Shown piece after piece: positions 1-13,900 of a stretch of 64,000 bases of DNA. The notes under the pieces were generated by a model. It saw only the letters and a list, made by a program, of their open reading frames with translations. It ran no database searches and was not told the origin of the DNA. The position numbers were made by a program, and so were the translations under genes. Every line of letters begins with the position of its first letter. Position 1 is the stretch's first letter. The stretch lies in NCBI RefSeq assembly GCF_009914755.1, contig NC_060933.1, one strand, 5' to 3'. The DNA comes from the human T2T-CHM13v2.0 reference genome, Homo sapiens.

Positions 1-189
1 TCCATTCCATTCCATTTCGTTCCATTCCATTCTATTCCATATCATTCCATACCATTCCATTCCATTCCATTCCATTCCATTCCATTCCATTCCATTCCAT
101 TCCATTGTACTCGGTTTGATTCCATTCCATTGCATTCCATTCCATTCCATTCCATTCCATTCCATTCCATTCCATTCCATTCCGTTCCA

Positions 190-1900
190 TTCCATTACAT
201 TCGGATTGATTCTTTTCAACTCCCTTACTCTCCATTACATTCCATTCCATTCGGATAGTTCCATTCCATTCCATTCCATTCCACTCCATTCCATTGCACT
301 CGGGTTGATTCCATTCCATTCCATTGCATTCCATTCCGGATGATTCCATTCCCTTGCATTCCGTTCCATTACATTCACCTGCACTCGGGTTGATTCCATT
401 CCATTCCATTCCATTCCATTCCATTCCATTCCTTTCCATTCCAGTCCTTTCCATTCCATTCCACTCGGGTTGATTCCATTCTATTAGTTTCCATTCCATT
501 CCATTCCCTTCCATTCCACTCTGGTTTATTCCATTCCTTTCCATTCCACTCGAATACATTCCCTCTTATTCCACTCGGAACGATTCCATTCCATTCCATT
601 CCATTCCATTCCATTCCATTCCATTCCATTTCGTTCCATTCCATTCTATTCCGTATCATTCCATTCCATTCCATTCCATTCCATTCCATTCCACTCGTGT
701 TGATTTCATTCCTTTCCATTCCATTCGGTTTGAAGGCATCCCATTCCATTCCATTCCATTCCATTCCATTCCATTCCATTCCATTCCATTGTACTCGGGT
801 TGATTCCATTCCATTGCATTCCATTCCATTCCATTCCATTCCATTCCATTCCGTTGCATTCCAATTCTTTCCATTCCATTCTATTCGGTACCATTCCATT
901 CCATTCCATACAATTCCATTCCATTCCATTCCACTCCGTTCGGTTCCGTTCCGTTCCGTTCCGTTCCATTCCATTCCATTCCATTCTATTCGGTTTAATT
1001 CCATTCCATTCCATTCCATTCCATTCCATTCCATTCCATTCTATTCCATTCCATTGCAATCGAGTTGAATCCATTGCATTCCATTCCATTCCATTCCGGA
1101 AGATTCCATTCCATTGCATTCCATTCCATTCCATTCCATTCCATTCCATTCCATTCCATTCCATTCCATTCCATTGTACTCGGATTGATTCCATTCCATT
1201 GCATTCCATTCCATTCCATTCCATTCCATTCCATTCCATTCCGTTCCATTCCATTCCATTACATTCGGATTGATTCTTTTCAACTCCCTTACTCTCCATT
1301 ACATTCCATTCCATTCGGGTTGTTCCATTCCATTCCATTCCATTCCACTCCATTCCATTGCACTCGGGTTGATTCCATTGCATTCCATTCCATTCCATTC
1401 CGGATGATTCCATTCCATTGCCTTCCGTTCCATTACATTCCCCTGCACTCGGGTTGATTCCATTCCATTCCATTCCATTCCATTCGATTCCATTCCATTC
1501 CCCTGCACTCGCGTTGATTCCATTCCATTCCATTCCATTCCTTTCCATTCCAGTCTTTTCCATTCCATTCCACTCGGGTTGATTGCATTCTATTAGTTTC
1601 CATTCCATTCCATTCCCTTCCATTCCACTCTGGTTGATTCCATTCCTTTCCATTCCACTCGAATACATTCCCTCCTATTCCACTCGGAACGATTCCATTC
1701 CATTCCATTCCATTCCATTCCATTCCATTCCATTCCATTTCGTTCCATTCCATTCTATTCCGTATCATTCCATTCCATTCCATTCCATTCCATTCCATTC
1801 CATTCCTCTCGCGTTGATTCCAATCCTTTCCATTCCATTCGGTTTGAAGGCATTCCATTCCATTCCATTCCATTCCATTCCATTGTACTCGGGATGATTC
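190..1900. repeat. Diverged ~1.1-kb tandem duplication in the left flank
   Basis: Matching modules recur at ~1.06-1.11 kb offset: gattcttttcaactccc ~208/~1272, ctcgaatacattccc ~549/~1658, cggtttgaaggc ~726/~1840. ORF ends 559 and 1668 differ by 1109. Confidence 0.7.
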
Positions 1901-2661
1901 CATTTCATTGCATTCCATTCCATTCCATTCCATTCCATTCCATTCCATTCCATTCCGTTGCATTCCATTCCATTACATTCGGATTGATTCTATTCAACTC
2001 CCTTACTCTCCATTACGTTCCATTCCATTTGGGTTGTTCCATTCCTTTCCATTCCATTCCACTCCATTCCATTGTACTCGGGTTGATTCCATTCCATTCC
2101 ATTCCATTCCATTCCGGATGATTACATTCCATTGCATTCCGTTCCATTACATTCCCCTGCACTCGCGTTGATTCCATTCCATTCCATTCCATTCCATTCA
2201 ATTCCATTCCATTACAATTCGTTCCATTCCATTCTATTCCGTACCATTCCATTCCATTCCATACCATTCCATTCCATTCCATTCCATTCCATTCCATTCC
2301 ATTCCGTTCCATTCCGTTCCATTCCATTCCATTCCATTCTATTCGGGTTAATTCCATTCCATTCCATTCCATTCCATTCCATTCCATTCCATTCCATTCT
2401 ATTCCATTCCATTGCAGTCGAGTTGAATCAATTGCATTTCATTCCATTCCATTCCATTCCATTCCATTCCGGAAGAGATTATTCCATTCCATTGCATTCC
2501 ATTCCATTCCATTCCCCTGCACTCGCGTTCATTCCATTCCATTCCATTCCATTCCATTCCATCCATTCCGTTCCGTTCCGTTCCATTCCATTCCATTCCA
2601 TTCCGTTCCGTTCCATTCCATTCCATTCCATTCTATTCGGGTTAATTCCATTCCATTCCAT

Positions 2662-2675
2662 TCGATTGCAATCGA
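2662..2675. other. Recurrent perfect 14-bp palindrome TCGATTGCAATCGA (representative)
   Basis: The motif is its own reverse complement. It recurs throughout all three blocks (e.g. ~3474, ~4943, ~7304, ~48293). Confidence 0.85.
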
Positions 2676-4834
2676 GTTGATTCCATTCCATTCCATTCCA
2701 TTCCATTCCATTCTTTCCAATCCATTACGGATGATTCCATTCCATTGCATTCCATTCCATTCCATTCCCCTGTACTCGGGTTGATTCCATTCCATTCCAT
2801 TCCAATCCATGCCATTCCACTCGTGTTGATTCCATTCTTTCCATTCCATTCAAGTTGAGTCCATTCCATTGCATTCCATTCCATTCGATTCCATTCGATT
2901 GCACTCGGGTTGATTCCATTCCATTGCATTGCATTCCATTCCATTCCATTCCATTCCATTCCATTCCGTTCCATTCCATTCCATTACATTCGGATTGATT
3001 CTATTCAATTCCCTTACACTCCATTACATTCCATTCCATTCGGGTATTTTCCATTCCATTCCATTCCATTCCCCTCCATTCCATTCCCTTCCATTCCATT
3101 CCATTACATTCGGATTGATTCTATTCAACTCCCTTACTCTCCATTACATTCGATTCCATTCGAGTTGTTCCATTCCATTCCATTCCATTCCACTCCATTC
3201 CATTGCACTCGGGTTTATTCCATTCCATTCCATTCCATTCCATTCCATTCCATTCCATTCCGGAAGATTCCATTCCATTGCATTCCATTCCATTCCATTC
3301 CCCTTCACTCGCGTTGATTCCATTCCATTCCGTTCCATTCCATTCCATTCCATTCCATTCCATTCCTTTCCATTCCATTCCATTCCATTCCATTCCAATC
3401 CATTCCATTCCGTTCCTTTCCGTTCCATTCCATTCCATTCCATTCTATTCGGGTTAATTCCATTCCATTCCATTCGATTGCAATCGAGTTGATTCCAATC
3501 CATTCTATTCCATTCCATTCCATTCCTTTCCATTCCATTACGGATGATTCCATTCCATTGCATTCCATTCCATTCCATTCCCCTGTACTCGGGTTGATTC
3601 CATTCCATTCCATTCCAATCCATGCCATTCCACTCGTGTTGATTCCATTCTTTCCATTCCATTCAAGTTGAATCCATTCCATTGCATTCCATTCCATTCC
3701 ATTACCCTGCAGTCGGGTTGATTCCATTCCATTCCATTCCATTCCATTGCATTCCATTCCATTCCATTCCGTTCCGTTCCATTCCATTCCATTCCATTCT
3801 ATTCGGGTTAATTCCATTCCATTCCATTCCATTGCATTCCATTCCAATCGAGTTGATTCCATTCCATTCCATTCCATTCCATTCCACTCCATTCCAGTCC
3901 TTTCCATTCCATTCCACTCGCGTTGATTCCAATGTATTCCTTTCCATTCCATTCCATTCCATTGCAATCGAGTTGATTCCATTGCTTTGCATTCCATTCC
4001 ATTCCATTCCATTCCGGATGATTCCATTCCATTGCATTCCATTCCATTCCATTCCCCTGCACTCGGGTTGATTCCATTCAATTCCACTCCATTCCGTTCC
4101 ATTCCATTCCATTCCATTGTATTCGGGTTAATTCCATTCCATTCCATTCCATTCCATTCCATTCCATTCCATTACAATCGAGTTGATTCCATTCCAATCC
4201 ATTCCATTCCAGTCCTTTCCATTCCATTCCACTCGGGTTGATTCCATTCTATTAGTTTCCATTCCAATCCATTCCCTTCCATTCCACTCTGGTTGATACC
4301 ACTCCTTTCCATTCCACTCGAACACATTCCCTCCTATTCCACTCGGAACGATTCCATTCCATTCCATTCCATTCCATTCCATTCCATTCCATTCCATTCC
4401 ATTTCGTTCCATTCCATTCCATTTCGTTCCATTCCATTCTATTCCGTATCTTTCCATTCCATTCCATTCCATTCCATTCCATTCCATTGTACTCGGGTTG
4501 ATTCAATTCCATTGCATTCCATTCCATTCCATTCCATTCCATTCCGTTGCATTCCATTCCATTACATTCGGATTGATTCTATTCAACTCCCTTACTCTCC
4601 ATTACATTCCACTCCATTCGGGTTGTTCCATTCCATTCCATTCCATTCCACTCCATTCCATTGCACTTGGGTTGATTCTATTCCATTGCATTCCATGCCA
4701 TTCCATTCCATTCCGGATGATTCCATTCCATTGCATTCCGTTCCATTACATTCCCCTGCACTCGCGTTGATTCCATTCCATTCCATTCAATTCCATTCCA
4801 TTACAATTCGTTCCATTCCATTCTATTCCGTACC

Positions 4835-4938
4835 ATTCCATTCCATTCCATACCATTCCTTTCCATTCCATTCCATTCCGAATGGAATGGAATGGAATGG
4901 AATGGAATGGAAAGGAATGGTATGGAATGGAATGGAAT
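4835..4938. other. Strand-switch junction 1 with 45-bp perfect inverted arms (4835-4879 / 4894-4938) and a 14-nt spacer
   Basis: Left arm ...ttccaTACCAttcCTTtccattccattccattcc is the reverse complement of right arm ggaatggaatggaatggAAAGGaatggTATGGaatggaatggaat. Both variant pentamers are mirrored. Confidence 0.9.
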
Positions 4939-5134
4939 CAACTCGATTGCAATCGAATGGAATGGAATGGAATTAACCTGAATAGAATGGAATGGAATGG
5001 AATGGAACGGAACGGAATCGAATGGAATGGAATGGAATGGAACGGAAAGGAAGGGAATGGAATGGAATAGAATGGAATGGAATGGAATCAACGCGAGTGC
5101 AGGGGAATGGAATGGAATGGATTGCAATGGAATG

Positions 5135-5147
5135 GAATCTTCCGGAA
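5135..5147 (+). promoter_or_regulatory. Perfect-consensus heat shock element, GAA-TC-TTC-CG-GAA (representative of ~45 copies)
   Basis: Matches nGAAnnTTCnnGAAn. Other copies include 1094-1106 (minus), 7521-7533, 13167-13179, 17212-17224 and 31195-31207. HSF1 is known to bind SatIII, but binding at these sites is not shown. Confidence 0.6.
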
Positions 5148-7174
5148 TGGAATGGAATGGAATGGAATGGAATGGAATGGAATGGAATCAACTCGAGTGC
5201 AATGGAATGGAGTGGAATGGAATGGAATGGAATGGAACAACCCAGATGGAATGGAATGTAATGGAGAGTAAGGGAGTTGAATAGAATCAATCCGAATGTA
5301 ATGGAATGGAATGGAAAGGAATGGAATGGAATGGAATGCAATGGAATGGAATCAACCCGAGTACAATGGAATGGAATGGAATGGAACGGAATGGAATGGA
5401 ATGGAATGGAATCAACCCGAGTACACGGGAATGGAATGGAATGGAATGCAATGGAATGGAATCATCCGTAATGGAATGGAAAGGAATGGAATGGAATGGA
5501 ATGGAATGGAATGGAATGGAATGGAATCAACTCGACTGCAATCGAATGGAATGGAATGGAATTAACCCGAATAGAATGGAATGGAATGGAATGGAACGGA
5601 ACGGAACGGAATGGAATGGAATGGAATGGAATGGAACGGAACGGAACGGAGTGGAATGGAATGGAATGGAATGGAATGGAATCAACGCGAGTGCAGGGGA
5701 ATGGAATGGAATGGAATGCAATGGAATGGAATCTTCCGGAATGGAATGGAATGGAATGGAATGGAAGGAAATGCAATGGATTCAACTCGATTGCAATGGA
5801 ATGGAAAAGAATGGAATGGAATGGAATGGAATGGAATTAATCCGAATGGAATGGAATGGAACGGAATGGAACGGAATGGAATGGAATGGAATGGTATGGA
5901 ATGGAATGGAATGGTACGGAATATAATGGAATGGAACGAATTGTAATGGAATGGAATTGAATGGAATGGAATGGAATGGAATGGAATCAACGCGAGTGCC
6001 GGGGAATGTAATGGAACGGAATGCAATGGAATGGAATCATCCGGAATGGAATGGAATGGAATGGAATGGAATGGAATGGAATGGAATGGAATCAACCCGA
6101 GTGCAATGGAATGGAGTGGAAAGGAATGGAATGGAATGGAACAACCCGAATGCAATGGAATGTAATGGAGAGTAAGGGAGTTGAATAGAATCAATCCGAA
6201 TGTAATGGAATGGAATGCAACGGAATGGAATGGAATGGAATGGAATGGAATGCAATGGAATGGAATGCAATGGAATTGAATCAACCCGAGTACAATGGAA
6301 TGGAATGGAATGGAATGGAATGGAATGGAATGGAATGGAATGATACGGAATAGAATGGAATGGAACGAAATGGAATGGAATGGAATGGAATGGAATGGAA
6401 TGGAATGGAATGGAATGGAATGGAATCGTTCCGATTGGAATAGGAGGGAATGTATTCGAGTGGAATGGAAAGGAATGGTATCAACCAGAGTGGAATGGAA
6501 GGGAATGGAATGGAAAGGAAATTAATAGAGTGGAATCAACCCGAGTGGAATGGAATGGAAAGGACTGGAATGGAATGGAATGGAATGGAATCAACTCGAT
6601 TGTAATGGAATGGAATGGAATGGAATGGAATGGAATGGAATTAACCCGAATACAATGGAATGGAATGGAACGGAACGGAATGGAGTGGAATGGAATGGAA
6701 TCAACCCGAGTGCAGGGGAATGGAATGGAATGCAATGCAATGGAATGGAATCATCCGGAATGGAATGGAATGGAATGGAATGGAATGCAAAGCAATGGAA
6801 TCAACTCGATTGCAATGGAATGGAATGGAATGGAAAGGAATACATTGGAATCAACCCGAGTTGAATGGAATCGAAAGGACTGGAATGAGTGGAATGGAAT
6901 GGAATGGAATGGAATGGAATCAATTCGATTGGAATGGAATGGAATGGAATGGAATGGAATGGAATGGAATTAACCCGAATGGAATGGAATGGAATGGAAT
7001 GGAACGGAACGGAATGGAATGGAATGGAATGGAATGGAACGGAATGGAATGGAATCAACCCGACTGCAGGGGAATGGAACGGAATGGAATGCAATGGAAT
7101 GGATTCAACTTGAATGGAATGGAAAGAATGGAATCAACACGTGTGGAATGGCATGGATTGGAATGGAATGGAAT

Positions 7175-10100
7175 GGAATCAACCCGAGTACAGGGGAATG
7201 GAATGGAATTGAATGCAATGGAATGGAATCATCAGTAATGGAATGGAATGGAAAGGAATGGAATGGAATGGAATGGAATGGAATAGAATGGAATGGAATC
7301 AACTCGATTGCAATCGAATGGAATGGAATGGAATTAACCTGAATAGAATGGAATAGACTGGAATGGAACGGAACGGAACGGAATGGAATGGATTGGAATG
7401 GAATGGAATGGAATGGAACGGAAAGGAATGGAATGGAATGGAATGGAATGGAATGGAATGGAATGGAATGGAATCAACGCGAGTGCAGGGGAATGGAATG
7501 GAATGGAATGCAATGGAATGGAATCTTCCGGAATGGAATGGAATGGAATGGAATGGAATGGAATGGAATAAACCTGAGTGCAATGTAATGGAGTGGAATG
7601 GAATGGAATGGAATGGAACAACCCGAATGGAATGGAATGTAATGGAGAGTAAGGGAGTTGAATAGAATCAATCCGAATGTAATGGAATGGAATGGAACGG
7701 AATGGAATTGAATGGAATGGAATGGAATGCAATGGAATGGAATCAACCCGAGTGCAATGGAATGGAGAGGAATGGAATGGAATGGAATGGAAACTACCCG
7801 AAAGGAATGGAATATAATGGAGTGTAAGGCAATTGAATAGAATAAATCCGAATGTAATGGAATGGAATGGAACGGAATGGAATGGAATGGAATGGAATGG
7901 AATGGAATCAACCCGAGTGCAATGGAATGGAATCAAATGGAATGGAATGGATTCAACCCGAATGGAATGGAAAGGTATAGAATCAACCCGAGTGGAACGG
8001 CATGGAATGGAATGGAATGGAATGGAATGGAATGGAACGGAACGGAACGGAATGGAATGGAATGGAATGGAACGGAACGGAACGGAATGGAATGGAATGG
8101 AATGGAATGGAATGGAATGGAATCAACGCGAGTGCAGGGGAATGGAATGAAATGGAATGCAATGGAATGGAATCTTCCGGAATGCAATGGAATGGAATGG
8201 AATGGAATGAAATTCAATCGATTCAACTCGATTGCAATGGAATGGAATAGAATGGAATGGAATGGAATGGAATGGAATTAATCCGAATAGAATGGAATGG
8301 AATGGAATGGAACGGAATGGAACGGAATGGAATGGAATGGAATGGAATGGTATGGAATGGAATGGAATGGTACGGAATAGAATGGAATGGAACGAATTGT
8401 AATGGAATGGAATTGAATGGAATGGAATGGAATGGAATGGAATCAACGCGAGTGCAGGGGGATGTAATGGAACGGAATGCAATGGAATGGAATCATCCGG
8501 AATGGAATGGAATGGAATGCAATGGAATGGAATCAACCCGAGTACAATGGAATGGAGTGGAATGGAATGGAATGGAATGGAATCAACCGGAATGGAATGG
8601 AATGGAATGGAATGGAATGGAATCAACCCGAGTGCAATGGAATGCAGAGGAATGGAATGGAATGGAATGGAAACTACCCGAATGGAATGTAATGTAATGG
8701 AGTGTAAGGGAATTGAATAGAATGAATCCGAATGGAATGTAAAGGAATGGAAAGGAATGGAATGGAATGGAATGGAATGGAATGGAATGGAATGCAATGC
8801 CATGGAATCAACACGAGTGCAATCGAATGGAATCGAATGGAATGGGATGTAATGGAATGGATTCATCTTGAATGGAATGGAAAGAACGGAATCAACACGA
8901 GTGGAATGGCATGGATTGGAATGGAATGGATTGGAATCAACCCGAGTACAGGGGAATGGCATGGAATGGAATGAAATGGAATCGAATCATCCGTAACGTA
9001 ATGGAAAGGAATGGAATGGAATGGAATGGAATGGAAGGGAATGGAATCAACCCGAGTACAGGGGAATGGAATGGAATTGAATGCAATGGAATGGAATCAT
9101 CAGTAATGGAATGGAATGGAAAGGAATGGAATGGAATGGAATGGAATGGAATAGAATGGAATGGAATCAACTCGATTGCAATCGAATGGAATGGAATGGA
9201 ATTAACCCGAATAGAATGGAATAGACTGGAATGGAACGGAACGGAACGGAATGGAATGGATTGGAATGGAATGGAATGGAATGGAACGGAAAGGAATGGA
9301 ATGGAATGGAATGGAATGGAATGGAATGGAATGGAATGGAATGGAATCAACGCGAGTGCAGGGGAATGGAATGGAATGGAATGCAATGGAATGGAATCTT
9401 CCGGAATGGAATGGAATGGAATGGAATGGAATGGAATGGAATAAACCTGAGTGCAATGTAATGGAGTGGAATGGAATGGAATGGAATGGAACAACCCGAA
9501 TGGAATGGAATGTAATGGAGAGTAAGGGAGTTGAATAGAATCAATCCGAATGTAATGGAATGGAATGGAACGGAATGGAATTGAATGGAATGGAATGGAA
9601 TGCAATGGAATGGAATCAACCCGAGTGCAATGGAATGGAGAGGAATGGAATGGAATGGAATGGAAACTACCCGAAAGGAATGGAATATAATGGAGTGTAA
9701 GGCAATTGAATAGAATAAATCCGAATGTAATGGAATGGAATGGAACGGAATGGAATGGAATGGAATGGAATGGAATGGAATCAACCCGAGTGCAATGGAA
9801 TGGAATCAAATGGAATGGAATGGATTCAACCCGAATGGAATGGAAAGGTATAGAATCAACCCGAGTGGAATGGCATGGAATGGAATGGAATGGAATGGAA
9901 TGGAATGGAACGGAACGGAACGGAACGGAATGGAATGGAATGGAATGGAACGGAACGGAACGGAATGGAATGGAATGGAATGGAATGGAATGGAATGGAA
10001 TGGAATCAACGCGAGTGCAGGGGAATGGAATGAAATGGAATGCAATGGAATGGAATCTTCCGGAATGCAATGGAATGGAATGGAATGGAATGAAATTCAA

Positions 10101-10920
10101 TCGATTCAACTCGATTGCAATGGAATGGAATAGAATGGAATGGAATGGAATGGAATGGAATTAATCCGAATAGAATGGAATGGAATGGAATGGAACGGAA
10201 TGGAACGGAATGGAATGGAATGGAATGGAATGGTATGGAATGGAATGGAATGGTACGGAATAGAATGGAATGGAACGAATTGTAATGGAATGGAATTGAA
10301 TGGAATGGAATGGAATGGAATGGAATCAACGCGAGTGCAGGGGGATGTAATGGAACGGAATGCAATGGAATGGAATCATCCGGAATGGAATGGAATGGAA
10401 TGCAATGGAATGGAATCAACCCGAGTACAATGGAATGGAGTGGAATGGAATGGAATGGAATGGAATCAACCGGAATGGAATGGAATGGAATGGAATGGAA
10501 TGGAATCAACCCGAGTGCAATGGAATGCAGAGGAATGGAATGGAATGGAACGGAAACTACCCGAATGGAATGTAATGTAATGGAGTGTAAGGGAATTGAA
10601 TAGAATGAATCCGAATGGAATGTAAAGGAATGGAAAGGAATGGAATGGAATGGAATGGAATGGAATGGAATGGAATGCAATGCCATGGAATCAACACGAG
10701 TGCAATCGAATGGAATCGAATGGAATGGGATGTAATGGAATGGATTCATCTTGAATGGAATGGAAAGAACGGAATCAACACGAGTGGAATGGCATGGATT
10801 GGAATGGAATGGATTGGAATCAACCCGAGTACAGGGGAATGGCATGGAATGGAATGAAATGGAATCGAATCATCCGTAACGTAATGGAAAGGAATGGAAA
10901 GGAATGGAATGGAATGGAAT
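7175..10920. repeat. Two near-identical tandem copies of a ~1.87-1.88-kb unit
   Basis: Identical or near-identical ORF translations at offsets 1873 (7474/9347) and 1883 (8123/10006). Private markers atcatcagtaatg, tagactgg, aaggcaattgaatagaataaatcc and ccgtaacgtaatgg each occur twice. Confidence 0.9.
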
Positions 10921-13900
10921 GGAATGGAATGGAATGGAATGGAATGGAATGGAATCAACTCGATTGCAATCGAATGGAATGGAATGGAATTAACCCGAAT
11001 AGAATGTAATGGAATGGAATGGAATGGAACGGAACGGAATGGAGTGGAATGGAATGGAATGGAAAGGAATGGAACGGAACGGAACGGAACGGAACGGAAT
11101 GGAATGGAATGGAATGGAATGGAATCAACGCGAGTGCAGGGGAATGGAATGGAATGGAATGCAATGGAATGGAATCTTCCGGAATGGAATGGAATGGAAT
11201 GGAATAGAATGGAATGGAATGGAATGGAATGGAATGGAATCAACCCGAGTACAAGGGAATGGAATGGAATGTAATGCAATGGAATGGAATCATCCGTAAT
11301 GGAATGGAAAGGAATGGAATGGAATGGAATGGAATGGAATGGAATTAACTCGATTGCAATCGAATGGAATGGAATGGAATTAACCCAAATAGAAAGGAAT
11401 GGAATGGAACGGAACGGAACGGAACGGAATGGAATGGAATGGAATGGAATGGAATGGAACGGAATGGAACGGAACGGAATGGAATGGAATGGAATGGAAT
11501 GGAATCAACCCGAGTGCAGGGGAATGGAATGGAATGGATTGCAATGGAATGGAATCTTCCGGAATGGAATGGAATGGAATGCAATGGATTCAACTCGATT
11601 GCAATGGAATGGAATAGAATGGAATGGAATGGAATGGAATGGAATTAACCCGAATAGAATGGAATGGAATGGAATGGAACGGAATGGAATGGAATGGTAT
11701 GGAATGGAATGGAATGGAATGGAATGGTATGGAATGGAATGGAATGGTACGGAATAGATTGGAATGGAACGAATTGGAATGGAATGGAATCGAATGGAAT
11801 TGAATGGAATGGAATGGAATCAACCGGAGTGCAGGGGAATGTAATGGAACGGAATTCAATGGAATGGAATCATCCGGGATGGAATGGAATGGAATGGAAT
11901 GGAATGGAATGGAATGGAATGCAATGGAATGGAATCAACCCGAGTACAATGGAATGGAATGGAATGGAATGGAATGGAATGGAATGGAATGGAATGGAAT
12001 GCAATGGAATGGAATGGAATCAACCCGAGTGCAATGGAATAGAGAGGAATGGAATGGAAAGGAATGGAAACTACCCGAATGGAATGGAATGTAATGGAGT
12101 GTAAGGGAATTGAATAAAATCAATCCGAATGGAATGGAATGGAATGGAACGGAATGTAATGTAATGGAATGGAATGGAATCAACCCGAGTGCAGGGGAAT
12201 GGAATGGAATGGAATGCAATGGAATGGAATCATCCAGAATGGAATGGAATGGAATGGAATCAACTCCATTGCAATGGAATGGAATCGAATGGAATGGAAT
12301 AGAAAGGAATGGAATTAACCCGAATAGAATGGAATGCAATCGAATGGAATGCAATGGAACCGAATGGAGGTGAATGGAATGGAATGGAATCAACCCGAGT
12401 ACAGAGGAATGGAATGGAATGGAATGCAATGGAATGGAGTCATCCGTAATGGAATGGAATGGAATGGAATGGAATGGAATGGAATGGAATGGAATCAACT
12501 CGATGGCAATCGAATGGAATGGAATGGAATTAACCCGAATAGAATTGAATGGAATGGAATGGAACGGAACGGAATGGAATGGAATGGAATCGTTCCGAGT
12601 GGAATAGGAGGGAATGTATTCGAGTGGAATGGAAAGGAATGGAATCAACCAGAGTGGAATGGAAGGGAATGGAATGGAATGGAAACTAATAGAATGGAAT
12701 CAACCCGAGTGGAATGGAATGGAAAGGACTGGAATGGAATGGAATGGAATGGAATGGAATGGAATCAACTCGATTGTAATGGAATGGAATGGAATGGAAT
12801 GGAATGGAATGGAATGGAATTAACCCGAATACAATGGAATGGAATGGAATGGAACGGAATGGAGTGGAATGGAATGGAATCAACCCGAGTGCAGGAGAAT
12901 GGAATGGAATGGAATGCAATGGAATGGAATCATCCGGAATGGAATGGAATGGAATGGAATCAACACGATTGCAATCGAATGGAATGGAATGGAATTAACC
13001 CGAATAGAATGGAATGGAATGGATTGGAACGGAACGGAATGGAATGGAATGGAATGGAATGGAATGGAACGGAACCGAACGGAATGGAATGGAATGGAAT
13101 GGAATGGAATGGAATGGAATCAACGCGAGTGCAGGGGAATGGCATGGAACGGAATGCAATGGAATGGAATCTTCAGGAATGGAATGGAATGGAATGGAAT
13201 GGAATGAAATGCAATGGATTCAACTCGATTGCAATGGAATGGATTAGAATGGAATGGAATGGAATGGAATGGGATTAACCCGAATAGAATGGAATGGAAT
13301 GGAATGGAACGGAATGTAACGGAATGGAATGGAATGGAATGGAATGGAATGGAATGGAATGGTATGGAATGGAATGGAATGGTACGGAATAGAATGGAAT
13401 GGAACGAATTGTAATGGAATGGAATTGAATGGAATGGAATGGAATGGAATGGAATCAATGCGAGTGAAGGGGAATGTAATGGAACGGAATGCAATGGAAT
13501 GGAATCATCCGGAATGGAATGGAATGGAATGGAATGGAATGCAATCAACCCGAGTGCAATGGAATGGAGTGGAATGGAATGGAATGGAATGGAACAACCC
13601 GAATGCAATGGAATGTAATGGAGAGTAAGGGAGTTGAATAGAATCAATCCGAATGTAATGGAATGGAATGCAACGGAATGGAATGGAATGGAATGGAATG
13701 GAATGGAATGGAATGGAATGCAAAGGAATGGAATCAACCCGAGTGGAATGGCATGGAATGGAATGCAATGGATTGGAATGGAATGGAATCAACTCGACAG
13801 AAAAGGAATGGAATAGAATGGAAAGGAATGGAATGAAGTCAACTCGAGTGGAATGAAATGGAATGGAATGGAATGGAATCAATCATGGAAGGGAATGTAA

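Larger units (their letters stand above)
1..4879 (-). repeat. HSat3 block 1: CATTC on + strand (G-rich strand is minus)
   Basis: The + strand reads ccattccatt... up to ...ttccattcc at 4879. Confidence 0.96.

Noticed and set aside
4876-4882. New HSE created by the strand switch (TTC-C-GAA)
   Set aside because: The spacing is 1 nt, while an HSE needs TTCnnGAA.
5140-5147. STAT GAS site in TTCCGGAA
   Set aside because: A canonical GAS is TTCnnnGAA; this has a 2-nt spacer.
5259-5300. Transposon or telomere-like insertion in gtaatggagagtaagggagttgaatagaatcaatccg
   Set aside because: It stays in pentamer register, recurs dozens of times as a satellite module, and has no target-site duplication, poly-A or TTAGGG array.
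5561-5575. DUX4 site in ttaacccgaatag
   Set aside because: It does not match the TAAYBBAATCA consensus.
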